A DNA stretch of 64,000 nucleotides from Octopus vulgaris (GCA_951406725.2 OX597822.1:51088001-51152000); one strand, 5' to 3'; positions 12,741 to 26,952 are shown, numbered from the stretch's first letter. Notes: generated by a model not told the origin, from the sequence alone. Numbers and translations: made by a program.

Positions 12741-14256
12741 ATTATAGTTTACTATAGATGTATTGAACGCAGAAACACACACTCACTCACAGACATATAC
12801 ACACTCACGGAATTGATAATATTGAAAACAGCAAAACATACGCACACTAAGTTCAAGCGAAACGAAATGTAATCAATATAGGTGTAAAACATACTTTCTG
12901 TAGCATAGTTATGCCATAATTTTTTTTTTATTGAATATTTCCAAAAGAAATATAGCTCTGTCGTAGTCACCAATTTAGCAGAAATTACTATGCGTCATAA
13001 ATATAACAAAGAAAGTTAACATTTATTTGGAACATGTGCTAAATGCAATAAAATTCAGGATTGAATGTGATGGTGAGGAAAGTCAACCTTCAAGAAAATT
13101 CAGAAGGCATAATTCAATTTTTGATGTAAAAATAACTTATTGTTTTACAAATTTTAAACGAACGCTGAACAAAGTGTGAAGCAAGGAATTTGTTGCTATT
13201 GTGAACGTTAATTAACTTAAAATATTTGCTAAACGATGTATGTAGCAAGGGATACATTAATTTGACATCACTTGCAATATATTTTAATTGTATAAGATTA
13301 TACACTGTACAATAAATACTGATTAAAATAGTAAAAGATTTCCGCGGCGTTTAATGCTCACACTGATAAAGTGGCTTGGCAGGAATACGATAAGGGTTCT
13401 GGGAGAGTTAAAAACATTGTCTTCAAAATGGTTATAAGGATTGAAATAACATTTCTGTAATTATATGAAAATAACTGCTTAGGCTTTCTACTTCGCCAAG
13501 TTTCCAAACTTTGTTAAAATTATCAGAATAGCATTTTTTTCAGATATATTTCCGAGAGTTATAAGTGAATGTCAAATCAAACAAATATTCATGTTGATAA
13601 CAAATACCAGAATATTTCAGCACATAAGTAGTGATAATCGTTAATATTGTTTGAACTGTAACTCTGCATGGTGAAAAGGAAAATCGAAACAGCGGTGCTT
13701 GAACGTGAACGCTGTTGTTCGTTCAACGTCCAAGTCTTGACTGAATTAAACTCTTTCAAAATCGGTGCGTTTTGCCGTTGGGTACAGTGACATACATATA
13801 CTGAGATTGACACATGCATACATACATTCAAGCACACCTGAGGCATATCTCTGTCCCTCTGTTTGTGTGTCTATGTCTTTAGATGTATGTGTGTATGTCT
13901 CAGTCGTCAGAAAAATGTATGTATACTGACAGACAAATACACCCTCACATATACAGACATATACCAGTCAGTCATCAACCTAACGTACGTAACGAATGCG
14001 CAAACACACACACATTGACAGACACATACACACTCATATAGAAAATTCTCATCACCGTTGTCGTCGTCGTGGTATAAAATGTTGTTTGCGATAGATGACA
14101 TATAGAAAGATTATAATGTTAAGTTTTTGTAATGGAAATAATGGTTTTTACCCAAATATTACTAAATCATTTAGTAATTCATACGTCAAAATCGGCAACT
14201 CAGTTTCCGAATCCACAAACACAGACACACACACACACACGCACACGCACACACAC

Positions 14257-14301
<45 letters not shown>

Positions 14302-14707
14302 CTCTTTTCTTTTACTCTTTTACTTGTTTCAGACATTTGACTGCGGTCATGCTGGAGCACCGCATTTGGTCGAGCAAATCGACCCCGGGACTTATTGTTC
14401 GTAAACCCATTACTTATTCTATCGGTCTCTTTTTCCGAACCGCTAAGTGACGGGGACGTATAAACACCAGCATTGGTTGTCAAGCAATGCTAGGGGGACA
14501 AACACAGACACACAAACACTTACACACACATACATATATACATATATACGACAGGCTCCTTTCAGTTTCCGTCTACCAAATCCACTCACAAGGCATTGGT
14601 CAGCCCGGGGCTATAGCAGAAGACACTCACCCAAGATGCCTCGCAGTGGGACTGAACCCGGAACCATGTGGTTGGTTAGCAAGCTACTTACCACACAGTC
14701 ACTCCTA
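14302..14707 (-). mobile_element. SINE family A, near full length
   Basis: Pol III A/B boxes on the minus strand; (aaaagag)-type tail; high similarity to 51850-52280. Confidence 0.9.
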
Positions 14708-15779
14708 TATATATATATATATACCAGCAAGCAAAATAGCTATTTCTGTTACACCTATAACAGATGCAAGTAGTAACGCTACCGAAAAGTAATGCTTGGT
14801 ACCACACCAGCGTGACTTTCCATACGGAACTATGGTGGAACTGATTCTAGAACCATGTGATTGGGAAGCAAGTTTCTTACCACAAACCCACGCCTGTGAC
14901 TGTATGTAAATATGTGCGTGTGTATGTGTGTGTGTGCGCGTACGTATATAAATACATGTATACATATATGTACACATATATGCCTGTATGTGTATGCGTG
15001 TATCTGTCAATGAGCTTGTGTCTACGTTTCTGAAAATGTGATGACAGTTCCATGATTACTTGCTGCCGTGAGGCTGGCTTTCATTTATCTGCTTGGCTTT
15101 AATGACTTTTAGGACATTCTTTGGTTACACCATGTCTGTGTTAATAGTACGTTCTCATAGCCAGTATTGAGTATAAATTAATTAAGCCACTCGTCTTGAA
15201 ATAATAGTCATTTGATCACTTTATCTCTCGCATACCTGTTAAAGCCACTCATTCTAATTTCCCTATAAAATCGAAAGTAATTTTTTCAAAATACCACTAA
15301 TCCAACAATATCGTTGGATTAGTCATGAGCAAGATATTTTTTCACCTGTTTAAATTTGTTTAAAATTTTATATGAAGATAATAGATTTATGTTATGTTGT
15401 AATCTATGAATACATCACTAAACTAAAAAGGAATCGTATAATATTTAACGCTATTTCTCATTTTTGTTATTATCTACGCCACACCTAGAGCCAGCTTTGA
15501 GTGAAATCTACTGTTTACTTTGGATTTGATACTTACATATTGACAGTATCCCAACAAAACCTGATTCCTTTATGGCTGTTCTATCTCACTATCGGTCTTG
15601 TGTTATTGAACCTAGCGGTTTTCATGTCCTAAGTGGTGATGAGATTAGATTATATTGAATCCCATAACTAATCTCTCCCTCTCATTCTCTCTCTTTCTGT
15701 GTCTCCATATATATATAAGTATATAATTCAAAAATAAGGTGATTAAAATCAAAATACGCAAGAGGATAATCATAGGTAA

Positions 15780-15865
15780 TGCAGTACGATCTTTTCAAGC
15801 GACTCCATGTAATTGAACTATGCATTGATTACAGCAATGTAAATGCAGATCAATCATCAGCTGCA
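15780..15865 (-). ncRNA. Type I hammerhead-like motif with long helix II (one helix III mutation)
   Basis: Minus strand tgcag-CTGATGA-(57 nt)-GAAA-agatcg-TA-ctgca; a single change would restore the palindromic ACGATCGT. Confidence 0.6.
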
Positions 15866-15962
15866 AAAATACATAGAATTAAATTAAATTAAAACAGATG
15901 GATATCTTGCAAACAACTTGCACATGCAAGTGCTACCAGTTAAAAGCTCCGTATATCGGAAG

Positions 15963-16074
15963 CTAGCAAGTGTATGGGGTCATCAGGAGAGAATGCGCGC
16001 CGTTTCGGGGCCTACCTCTCGACGGCATCAATGCGCACCGGCCCCCCTCACTGATGTGAGGCCCCGCTTGCTAG
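15963..16074 (-). ncRNA. GC-rich structured RNA containing all hammerhead core strands in permuted order
   Basis: Minus strand ...tgccGTC^gagagg-ta-ggcccc-GAAA-cggcg-cgcat-tctctc-CTGATGA-cccc..., enclosed by ctagcaag/cttgctag. Confidence 0.5.
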
Positions 16075-16765
16075 ATCAGCTGGTTATGAAGAACTCAATA
16101 TATTTCTAGCCATCGCTCATCGTCTCTTTTTAACCAAATCCAGTGGCTAGCCTTCTCCACTGTAGATTGGATATCAGTCAATGTGGTATTGACTTTACGA
16201 TGAGTTAGGCCTAACGATAACAACCTACAACTTCAAAGAAGGGAAGGAGATAGACAAAGAACACGCTGTCTTCCCTTGAGCTTAGAAGTACTAAGAAAGT
16301 GATGTGTGTAAGTATGTATGTGTGTGTGTTATGTCACTAATTTTTATTTTCATACTAAGTTAAAAAATAATTGTAATCTACATATTCCGAAAGGAATTTG
16401 TCGACTTTTTTCCTTTAACATTTCCTGTTATTGCGAAAGTTATGAGAAAACACATCCGACTTGTGAAAATGTTTTAAGACACCTCCCTCCACTCCTCCAA
16501 ATCATGTTTTTACACAATGAATTTATATATACTTGGAATCAAAACCATCTGAATAATATTTGTTGAAAATTTCACTAAAAATACCCATTGTTTGATGTTA
16601 TGACGACACAAACTTGGCGGAAAACCTTCTTGTATATATATATACATTACTTTAAAATATCCATGCTTATCATGTGACTACTATTATCATTTCTTGAAAT
16701 ATATATCTTTATAATGGATTTCCGGTAAAGCATGCGAAATGAAATATTTTAATCGGCCGGAATTA

Positions 16766-17972
16766 TTAGGTTGTTCCAAAAATAATGGCCTCTCTTTTTT
16801 GTGTTGTGTTTTAAAACGCAATTTTATCATAAAATTTTAATTATATTTTAGGTGAATTTCGACACACTAATTGATGTATTCTCATTAATAATTTTCTACT
16901 TATTTCAGACAGAAAACGTTCTTCAAACATAGGATCTTCGCTTACTTTGCTTGAATGACTTCAAGCTTGGGCACAGTGTCTCCTAAACTGCTGCTAATAT
17001 CAACAGAGCATGGGGAGAGGTGTCCACAAAGGGGTCAGAAATTCCGTAGTGGTAATGATGGCATTGAAGATGAAGGTAGAGGACGGACATGCACTCTTGA
17101 CAATGAACATTTGAAAGCAATTGTTGAAGAAACCCACGTCAAAGTGTCAGAGTAATGTCTCAGGCATTTGGTGTCGGTATTGCAACGGCCTCACGCAATC
17201 TGTAGAAGATTTGTAAGGTGAAAACGGTCGATAAAGGAAGAACCGCATGAGCTCAATGAAAATTATTGAAGTGTGAGCGATGCTCTTTCTGCGAAACACC
17301 AATGATACTTTTCTTGACTGAACGGTCATTTAAGCGAAAAGTGGATCATTTATGATTACTGTAAACGATCAGGTCAATGGCTTGATCGTGATGAGGCCCC
17401 AAACAATTCCCAAAGCCAAAGTTGCATCACCAAACGATTATGGTGACTGTCTGGTGGTCTGCAATTAGTGTTGTCTGTTACAGCTTTCTGGAAGCCAGTG
17501 AGAGCATTACAGCAGAGGTTTACTGCAATCAACTCGCTGAAATGTATGCTGAAATGTATGCTCACTTGCAAAAGAAGCGACCTGCTTTAGTGAATCGGCG
17601 TGTCCCAATTCTGCTCCATGATAAGGCAAAATCACATACTTGAGATACGAGACTTTGCCACATCCTCCATATCATATTCTCAGGATGTTTCACCTACTTA
17701 CTACCATCTCTTTTAAAGCATTTAAAACATGTTTTTAAGTGATAAAACTCTCAGATCCAAACCAGAGGTGGAATCAACTTTCAAAGATTTCTTAGCATCA
17801 AAGCCAATAAGTTTTTTTTTTTTCTTATTAAGGAGGCATAAATAATCTCGTTGATCGATGGCAGAGATTCATAGATGTTCACGGCTCATGCGTTTACTAA
17901 TCAAAACATTGTTAATTTTGGCAGAATAAAATTATGTTTCTGAAATCAGCCTTTATATTCGGAACAACCTAT
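16766..17972 (+). mobile_element. Mariner transposon, full-length decayed copy
   Basis: TIRs ttaggttgttcc / ggaacaacctat flanked by TA; transposase remnants (HHQTIMVTVWWSA..., SITAEVYCNQL, PILLHDKAKSH). Confidence 0.9.
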
Positions 17973-19921
17973 TAATTGTAGTATACCAGCACATATGTTC
18001 CTCAATGGATTTCTCTTCTCATAACTGGATATTTTTTATGAAACTTTCTACAAATACGCTTATGATGATGTAGATTCCAATTACATAGGAAGTTATTACG
18101 AAATTAATTTTGGGAAAATAGTTTTGTGTGTCAGTATGTATGTGAGCTTTCCCACCAAATCTTATTTTCATATTAAATTCAGACGTAATTTCCGGCATAA
18201 TATTTACACACTCTGAAAAGTATTTTAAGAAACTTTACTCAAAAATCCCCATCATTATGGCGGTTATGACAAAACACACCCGACATGTGAATCCTCTGAA
18301 ACTCCTCTCGCCACTTCTTCGAAAACATTTTCTCTCACATCATATTGCGCATGCGTTTCTAAGCATGTTCCATATTTTTTAAAACTTTATACGAAATGCA
18401 TTCATAGGTAAACGAAAATCTGGCATATAATTGTTTCTTATCTCTTCATATATGTAAGTAGCGTAAAATAAGTATATCAATCAGACATATTTTCTGTACA
18501 GAAATCAAGCATGAATAATTGTTTAGCAAAGACTAATTAACTGTTCGTCTACATTTGCTAATGCATCTCCAACTCGAATCTTCGGGAAACATGAGCTAGT
18601 AAGGACCAACCTATTATCCAACAACAATTTTAAATCTGTTCTGAGCCTCCATTGTAATAACTAGCAAAGACTCATTTATATGTCAAATATCAGTAGACGA
18701 TCTTGTGAATACGATATAAAGGGTTCTTTGGATGAGGGCACTTGACACGACTCTCCAGTGTGTGGGCATGCTATGATATCACGTGAGCACCAGTTTCTTG
18801 GAGCGGCCTATATATGAAGGTTAAATAGGTTAAATTATAGCAGAAAGCAACGACCAGCCACTGCTGGATCACTACCGAGGAAGTTCATAAATTTTCCTAT
18901 TAGGCCGCAGAAGTTCATATCTGCCAACCCTAGTAAGAGTTGTAAATGGAGACAGAAAGAGAGAAGAGAGCGGGAGAGTGACAGTGTGTAAAGATATGGG
19001 GGAGAGAGATGGTGGAATAGAAAGAGTAAATGTGCAAATTGTATTTTCCCTATCTTTTTTTCATTAACATAATTTCGGATGGATTAAAATGTTGGGTTCA
19101 ACACAGTGAAAATCTGTGCAGATAACATCACTTATGTACATAATAAATTCCTATAATGTAATCGAAATAGGGTTACGTTAATTAACATTGGCAATTTTCG
19201 TTCCCAACTGTTATTTTAATAGCAGTCAGTAATTGTAAACGTAAAATTTCGACAGCAATAAAGCAAACCTATCATGAAAAGACAGATGTAGCAAATGAAA
19301 TTAGATATTTAAGACGAGGAACAACTTATTTGATGGTATCCTCATACAGAATAGCATCCGTTAATATCAACTGTTCAATTCAATTCTCTAGTGACGTTAC
19401 TTAATATTATCTCGTTAAGAAACAGAGTAAATGCATACAATTCACAACATATTCTACAGAATATTGGAGACAAATATACAATATAATTTTAGACTTTAAT
19501 TGAGGTATCATTTGTAACCAGGAGCAAAGCGAATCAATTACAAATTCGACGCAACGAATTGAAGTGTCGATCAATTATTTCAGAAAGAAAGCATAGTTGA
19601 TAACAATGGAAAATATACAAATGAAGAGAAGTATGCCAAAAAAAAAAGAATTTACAGCATAGAACAAGTGTTCTATGTTGTAAATTATGAAATTATTGCC
19701 TGTAGAGTGATAAAATCTCCAGGAAATTTTAAAATGACAATTCCTTCAAAATCATGATTTTTATAAGGATATTAAAAATTATTAAGTTAAACATTGATTT
19801 TTGAATTTTTTCCTTTCACAAGTGTTAATCTCATGACACCTCAGGTATTTAGCATCCATTATATTTTGTTCAAATTTCCTTATACATTTATAAATGTATA
19901 CATATACGCACACACACACCT

Positions 19922-19986
<65 letters not shown>

Positions 19987-20993
19987 GGGAAAAGACATTC
20001 AAATTACATGTACTAAAATGAACATCGCTCAATGTTTAATTCCTTTACATAAGAGTAATTTTACAGACAGAACCAGCTTCAACTCAGTCAACGCTGAAGG
20101 TTTTTATAACCACCACTCTAAAAAAGTTTAAAATTAATTCTTATACTAACTATATATATTCTGAATCCTGTATTTACCGTTTATAAGACTACATGTGTTT
20201 CATGAAAGTATGTCTGTATTGATTAGATACGAGGTATCTAGTTACAATAATTACTCGACATACTCCCAATCTTCAGGTCTGGATTCCTCAACATTTTTCA
20301 CCAACCCTATCTCTTGTACACTTCCATGATACTCTATATCTTCAATATAATCTTACTTAACATGTACAAATGTATAGAAATACAAATAATAACTGAATAT
20401 TAAAGATTTAAGGAGTATAAATTTAAGGAATAAAAAAGAAAATTAAAGATTTAAGGAATAATAACTCAAGGAATAAACATTTAAGGGAACAACATGTAGG
20501 AAAAAAAAGATTTAAGGAAAACAAATTTAAGAGAAAAAATTGCGAATAAAGGTTCCGAATAACGAATAAAGAATTGCGAATAAACAAATACGAAATAAAA
20601 AGGAAATAGTAATGAAACAACAATGAAACAATAATGAAATAAAAATAGAGACGAAAATAAAACGAATTTTAACTTATCTATCAATTTTGCATAAAGAATA
20701 TAAATTGTATAAATAAAGTGCATTAAGCAAGCATCTTATTCCAATTTCTTTCACCTTCAATGGGTAGCACATGAGCGACTATCCTTCCATACAGACACAA
20801 CACAGGCTGTTTTCATTTCTCTTTTTATATGGTGGGTATACATTTTTTCAGAATTAAACCAATAGGTTTACCATTAATTCCGTTAAATATTGACTGATCC
20901 CACTAGTTTATATAATTCGTCCAGTTCACCGACATTCACGTGCGGCTGTGTCAGTTAACTCTCCACAACAATATATATATATATATATATATT

Positions 20994-21375
20994 TTACATT
21001 ATATAAAAGGGCTTAGTAAAATAAATTACTTTGCCGCATACTGAACTCATTAGAAATAGCAGCTAAAAAACTTTTTTAAAACTATTTCTAATACTTAAAG
21101 AAAACCTCTCTCATATAGTGTTTGCTCAACTCAACTCACGAAAGTTTGGGGGTAAAGACATCAAAAAATCAAATGCAAAGGTTATTTGAGAACGTACGTT
21201 TCAAGATTAGTCAACACGACACTTCTATCATCAGCTCATATGAGCAAACACTATATGAGAGAGGTTTTCTTTAAGTATTAGAAATAGTTTTAAAAAAGTT
21301 TTTTAGCTGCTATTTCTAATGAGTTCAGTATGCGGCAAAGTAATTTATTTTACTAAGCCCTTTTATATAATGTAA
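20994..21375. repeat. Perfect 135-bp inverted repeat (inverted pLTR) around an HHR, in (TA)n
   Basis: 20994-21128 is the reverse complement of 21241-21375; the element runs to about 21466 and both ends abut (TA)n. Confidence 0.95.
21187..21238 (-). ncRNA. Minimal type I hammerhead ribozyme
   Basis: Minus strand tgag-CTGATGA-tagaagtgtcgtgttgactaatctt-GAAA-cgtacg-TT-ctca; palindromic helix III ACGTACGT. Confidence 0.75.
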
Positions 21376-21512
21376 TAATTTGAATTCGCCTTAAATGGTC
21401 CCTTTGCATACTGAACACTTGGTGAAATTGATTAATAATTAATTAATTTTACCCTCAATTGTTGAAATATATATATATATATATATATACATATATAAAT
21501 ACACACATAAAT

Positions 21513-21565
<53 letters not shown>

Positions 21566-22119
21566 CTACCTTAAGGTGAGGGAGTGGTTGTTACTTTTTG
21601 TTGCTTCCTTTCTGTTTCTTATCGCCATATTCTCTCTCTTTGTTTCTCCCTCCTTTCTCTCGGACTCTCGCTCGCTTTCTCTTACTATCCTTATCTATCT
21701 ATCTATCTCCCATATATAGAAAACAAAAGATCTTGAGTAAGTAGAGAAAGAAAATAGTTTGAAAGATCAATCATAAATATCAGGCAGTGACAACGGAAGG
21801 CACACTTGCCTTTTGTACGTGCCACTATTTGAGCGATTCTTCTCTCCATCATTGAAATATTTGTAAATCACCCCTAAAACCTAAGACTTGTTTATTCATA
21901 TATCTCACAAATCTGTATACATTAAGAATAGCAGTCCAATGACCCTAACAATTCTTTGAAAGTAACTTGAAATTTTCAGATAAATTGAAGAGGTACATCC
22001 CAAATTACCTTCAGAAAAATTGAAGAGTTACATCCCTTTGGCTACAAAAATAATTGTCAGCAGCGAAAATGGCTGAAATCTAAGACCTTGGAAGTTTGAT
22101 AAGCGTAGGACGTGAAACT

Positions 22120-24130
22120 GGTACTTCTAGTAACCTGGTCCCTGTCTACGGGTCCTATCTAATTTGACTAAGAATATCACAGATTTGCAAATTTGCAATC
22201 TGTATAGCCGACCAATTTAAATTGTAGACAGCCTATGCTATCCTCATCCTCTGACCTAACAAATACTATATCTAAATACGATCTGGAGGACTTGCTGTGG
22301 TTGCTCCATGTCCACACTGGCACATCAGGAATATTCAGTTGGTACCTAACAAAATGCAGATCTTCGAAGCTTTTACACTCATTTCTACTATGTACTAAAC
22401 CCCCGCAGTCCTTCTGTGCGTTCAAAATACTATTCTAGTGCCTCAATAGTACTAAAGTGCGAGAGGTTTCCAACAATGTTTCTTAATGCCTGAAGAAATC
22501 TGGATTTCCAGTCCCCGTTGGGGCACAAACCGCCATCTGTTTAAAGGCGCCAGCTTCGCTACCATTCACCATCCAGGACCACCACCCTCCCAACTAATGG
22601 CTGCCATATCCAAATCAAGTGATCTGAGATAACTGAGCATGTGGCCTTACTTTCCATATGATCCCAGACCACGCACATTCACAAATCAGGAGCTTACTCA
22701 CCTTGATTTTCGTGGAGCCCGGACGTCCTAGATGTAGTGGTGTAAATATTTCTAAAAACCTTTTATCAACATATTTTTTTTATCCCCACACTACCTTTTT
22801 CTATTATAGTTTTATAAACGTCTGGCGAATTTCTAATTAAAGATCTGTTCTTGGGAGTTTTGAGGATGACATCCTCAAATTCCTATCCATCTGTCTTTAT
22901 TTTGTATTTGCGTTGACATACAAATCCATCAATTCACTTTTATACCTGTTCACAACAGTGAAATTGATGGATGCATTTTGTCTAGAGCCTGATGAATATT
23001 TTTTTTTATGTTCTGTAACTAGTTCTTTCGGTGTTTGTGTGATTTCATGGTGTTGTGGATAATGTTGCTGTTTTTCAAGTTGTTGATCTCGTTGTTGCTG
23101 TTTTTGTTGGAGTGGTTGTGAATTGTGTTGCAGTTGTGGTTCCAGAATAAGTTTTTGTTGATTTCTTGGAGTATATCTATGTACTCTTCTCCTCTTTCCC
23201 CTAGCCCCTTTTGTCACTATGATCCATTGATCGTTCAGCTCTTCTTTCTCCATGTCATTGCACTTGATGTTGGTTTGAGAGGAAGAGAATGCAGGAGAAA
23301 CTTTCTTTTCTATGAGAACCGGGGATAGACTCCTCTGTCTTGGTTTGGGAGTGGGTGTAGGTACGGGTGTGGCAGTAGGTGTAGGAGTCTTGAGCACTTG
23401 TTTATGATTTTCCACGTGATATTTGTAATATTGGTAACAGTGGAATTTTATTTTTCCTTGTTTCAGGGCAGAAAGTCTTTAATTGAGTTACAGATACACG
23501 TTTTGGCGGCACATTCAGCACCCTAATCTTGCCAAGAGGTTGGCTGTGAAAGCTGGCTATTAAAAAAAAGTCGTCATTCCTCAGTGTTTGTGGAATTATA
23601 TCTAGCTTCTTCTTCCGTCCCAAAATCTCACCTAATTGGTTCTAAACTTCTTTCCTCGGATTATGTAGGTATTTTGTTCCCAAACGTGCCCAATGCATTT
23701 TTGTACTTTGCTCTCAAATGCATTTTCCACCTGTCGAGACTTGACTCCCAAGCAACGGTATGCTGCCGTGCATCTTGCGATATTTTCTACCAGGTCGTAT
23801 GGAGGGTTTAGAGCTACACTTCTCCCACCAAATTTACAATTTTTCTTACCAATTTTAACTTTTCTTCGTCTACGTGGAAACTTTCCATAATTCCCGTCGC
23901 AGACGCAAAGGACGCAGATGCGATATATGCGTTTTCATGCTTCATTACTTTTGTATAGTTGTTGTCGTAGTCATTTCTTCTACTGTTGTTGTTGTTCTCG
24001 TAGTCGACACCGATAGATTTGACGTTGCTTACAGACGAAACATAATTTGCCTCGGTGATACCATTACATTTAGACCATTCGATATTCATATTCTTTCCTA
24101 GTTCTCAAATTTTTCGGCAAGGAGCACGTT
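22120..24130 (-). mobile_element. L1/Tx1-like LINE 5' half (ORF1 plus AP endonuclease), decayed
   Basis: ORF1-like fragments at 22897-24089; endonuclease motifs PVWTWSN...RSYLDIVFV...VGYTDCK (WTW / SRLD / SDH equivalents). Confidence 0.7.
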
Positions 24131-24412
24131 CCTTTGTCGAACATTATGAGGGTTTCTCTGTCAGCCATTGTTACAGAATTACATGAGATTGCGAAATATT
24201 TGCTTTCGCTGAAAGCACCTAAAATTCAAAAATTATTGTAGGGCAGTCCCTCCAAAACAGTGGGTATTTCTACACAAACATACTATCTTCGTAGTTTGGA
24301 CAAACTCGGAAATGCAATGGTAATAATATTAATGAAAAGACAAGGCCTTAGATTGCAAACACTTTTTCAGCTTACGGGACACCAAATTTCCGTGACTTCA
24401 TAGTATCGCTGC

Positions 24413-24478
<66 letters not shown>

Positions 24479-24489
24479 CAATAATAACG

Positions 24490-26225
24490 AAGGGACAAAA
24501 TACATCCTACCAAAAACTGAAGCCACGAAGAATTCAAAGAACTACCGACCATGTCTCAACAGCACCTACATGATTCTCACATCCATACTACCTGAAAGAA
24601 TATACTCTGCCCTGGAACAGAACTGTATCCTTCCACAACCTGAAAAAGTTTTTAAATAGAGTTCCTCTGGATGCAAAGATTAATTACTCATAAATAATGA
24701 TTGTAGAGAATTGCCGGAGCAAAACGAAGAATCTGAGTATGGCATAGATAGACAACAGGAACGCATTTGACAATGCCCCACATAATTGGCTACTCAAGGC
24801 CCTTGAGATATATATGATCTCACCTGTAGTCTCCAAATTCTTACAAGGTGGCCAAGTGGAATTCATGTCTCTTTCTAAACCATAGTAATGGGAAGAGCCA
24901 ATCTAATAACATCAATATCAAACGAGGCATCTTTCAAGGTGATTCCCACTACACATTTTATTATTTGTTGCATAGCACCGATCCCACCTTCAAACGAACT
25001 GAGTAACACTAGGTGTGGATTCAATATGTATAATATTATAGTTAATCCCCTGTTGTATATGGACGATCTGAAGCGTTTTGCTAGAAATGATGAACAGCTG
25101 GAAGGGCTGATAGAAGCTGTTAAAGAATTCAGCAATGACATCGGGATGGATTTTGGCTTTGATAAATGTGCTAAAGCATCTGTTGTAAGAGACAAGCTCA
25201 AGCAAACGGCTTCCATAAATTAGATACCGACACTACCATAAAGAAACTTGTCCCATAAGAAAGCTAGAGATACATGGGGATAAACGATGTATACGGTATA
25301 CAGCATGCTACTGCGAAGGTAAAATACGAAAGGAATATTACAGAAGAATACGATTCGTGCTAAAAACAGGACTCAACTCCAAAAATCGCATCGAAACTAT
25401 TCACACCCAGGTACTTCAAGTAATCTAATATAGTTTTAACACCTTTAACTGAAATCCTGTAGAAGCCCAATGCCTCGTCAGGAAGACAAGAAAACTACTA
25501 ACAACTAAGAACGTGTACTACCGAAAAACATTGATTTCTGTACCTACCAAGAAATAATGAGGAAGAACAATGATGCAGGCAGAACTGTGCTCAACAACAG
25601 CAATGAACAAATACTTATCTAGTACAGAGGACTGGAGGCTGCGACCTGGGTGCAAATATGAGTGCAACAAAAAACCACATTCTATTGCCATAGATGCTTG
25701 AAAATTCGCAAGGGAACCTGGCAATTAACCCTGAATTAGATGAAGACCTGAAACCACTGCCAAAATAAAAGCAGAACGGATCAAGCAAACTGCCAAAAAG
25801 AACAGGCAGAATGAAAATGAGGATCGGTGGAGCCAGAAGCCTCTGCTTGGACAGTATATACTTCGAAGCAGAACTGCTGATGTAGATGAAGCAACAATCC
25901 ATCAGTGGTTGCGAAGGTGAGGACCGAAAGCAAAGACTGAAAGTTTCATATTGATGGTAATGATCAAAGCATGCTTACCAAAAACTACCAGGCTAACGTT
26001 CATCAAAAACGGTTATGAGTCGAAATGCAGAATCTGCAATAAATGTGATGAAACAATAGACCATCTCGACTCAGGATGTCCTGTGCTGACACCAAGCGAA
26101 TACAAACATCGCTACGAGAAGGTAGGACAGTATTTATATTGTAAACAGTCCAAAATCAGCACTCCTGCTTACTGGTAAGAACATCACCTTGAGCCAGTCG
26201 CTGAAAGTAGAAATATCACTATCCA
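24490..26225 (+). mobile_element. R4/Dong-clade non-LTR retrotransposon, RT to zinc-knuckle region, decayed
   Basis: KRGIFQGD, LLYMDDLKRFARN...DIGMDFGFDKCAK and CRICNKCDETIDHLDSGCPVL...YKHR; starts at a (TAA)n array. Confidence 0.85.
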
Positions 26226-26559
26226 CGTCTAATTCTGGAATTTGTGTATTCGGAATTCACTTAGATATTCCTTTGCCTGTATTGTTACTGATTATGATGC
26301 TTTCTTGTTTACACGTTTTGAGACGAGTTTTAACATCCAGTCATCAGAGTTTTTCAAGTAGGTGTCTAGTCCAGTTGTGGAAATCTTCATTGTTAATGCC
26401 AGTTTTAAAAGTCTTCCCCATCCCACTTTTCTTGACAGATAAAGTCGTTATATATCTGCCTTTGGGTAGTGCATTCTATGCATTGTCAACAGTTTCCGTA
26501 ATTTTCTGTCAGGATTACATGTTTCAGAAATTGGCCAGTTAATAATATTGAAAGTGTAA

Positions 26560-26560
<1 letters not shown>
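26226..26560 (-). mobile_element. R4/Dong-clade fragment
   Basis: TYTFNIINWPISETCNPDRKLRKLLTMHRMHYPKADI; abuts (TTA)n. Confidence 0.7.
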
Positions 26561-26657
<97 letters not shown>

Positions 26658-26709
26658 CATCATGAGCATTATCTTCATTATTATCATCATTATCATCAGC
26701 AGCATTATT

Positions 26710-26758
<49 letters not shown>

Positions 26759-26890
26759 GATTATTATTTTATTATTATTATTTTCATAATTATTTTTATT
26801 TTTATTATTATTATTATTATTATTATGATTATTATTATTTTATTATTATTATTTTCATAATTATTTTTATTTTTATTATTATTATTTTCC

Positions 26891-26952
<62 letters not shown>

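Noticed and set aside
16007-16065. HDV-like ribozyme reading of the GGGGCCT/AGGCCCC 7-bp stem
   Set aside because: Could not place P3/L3, P1.1 or the catalytic C on either strand.
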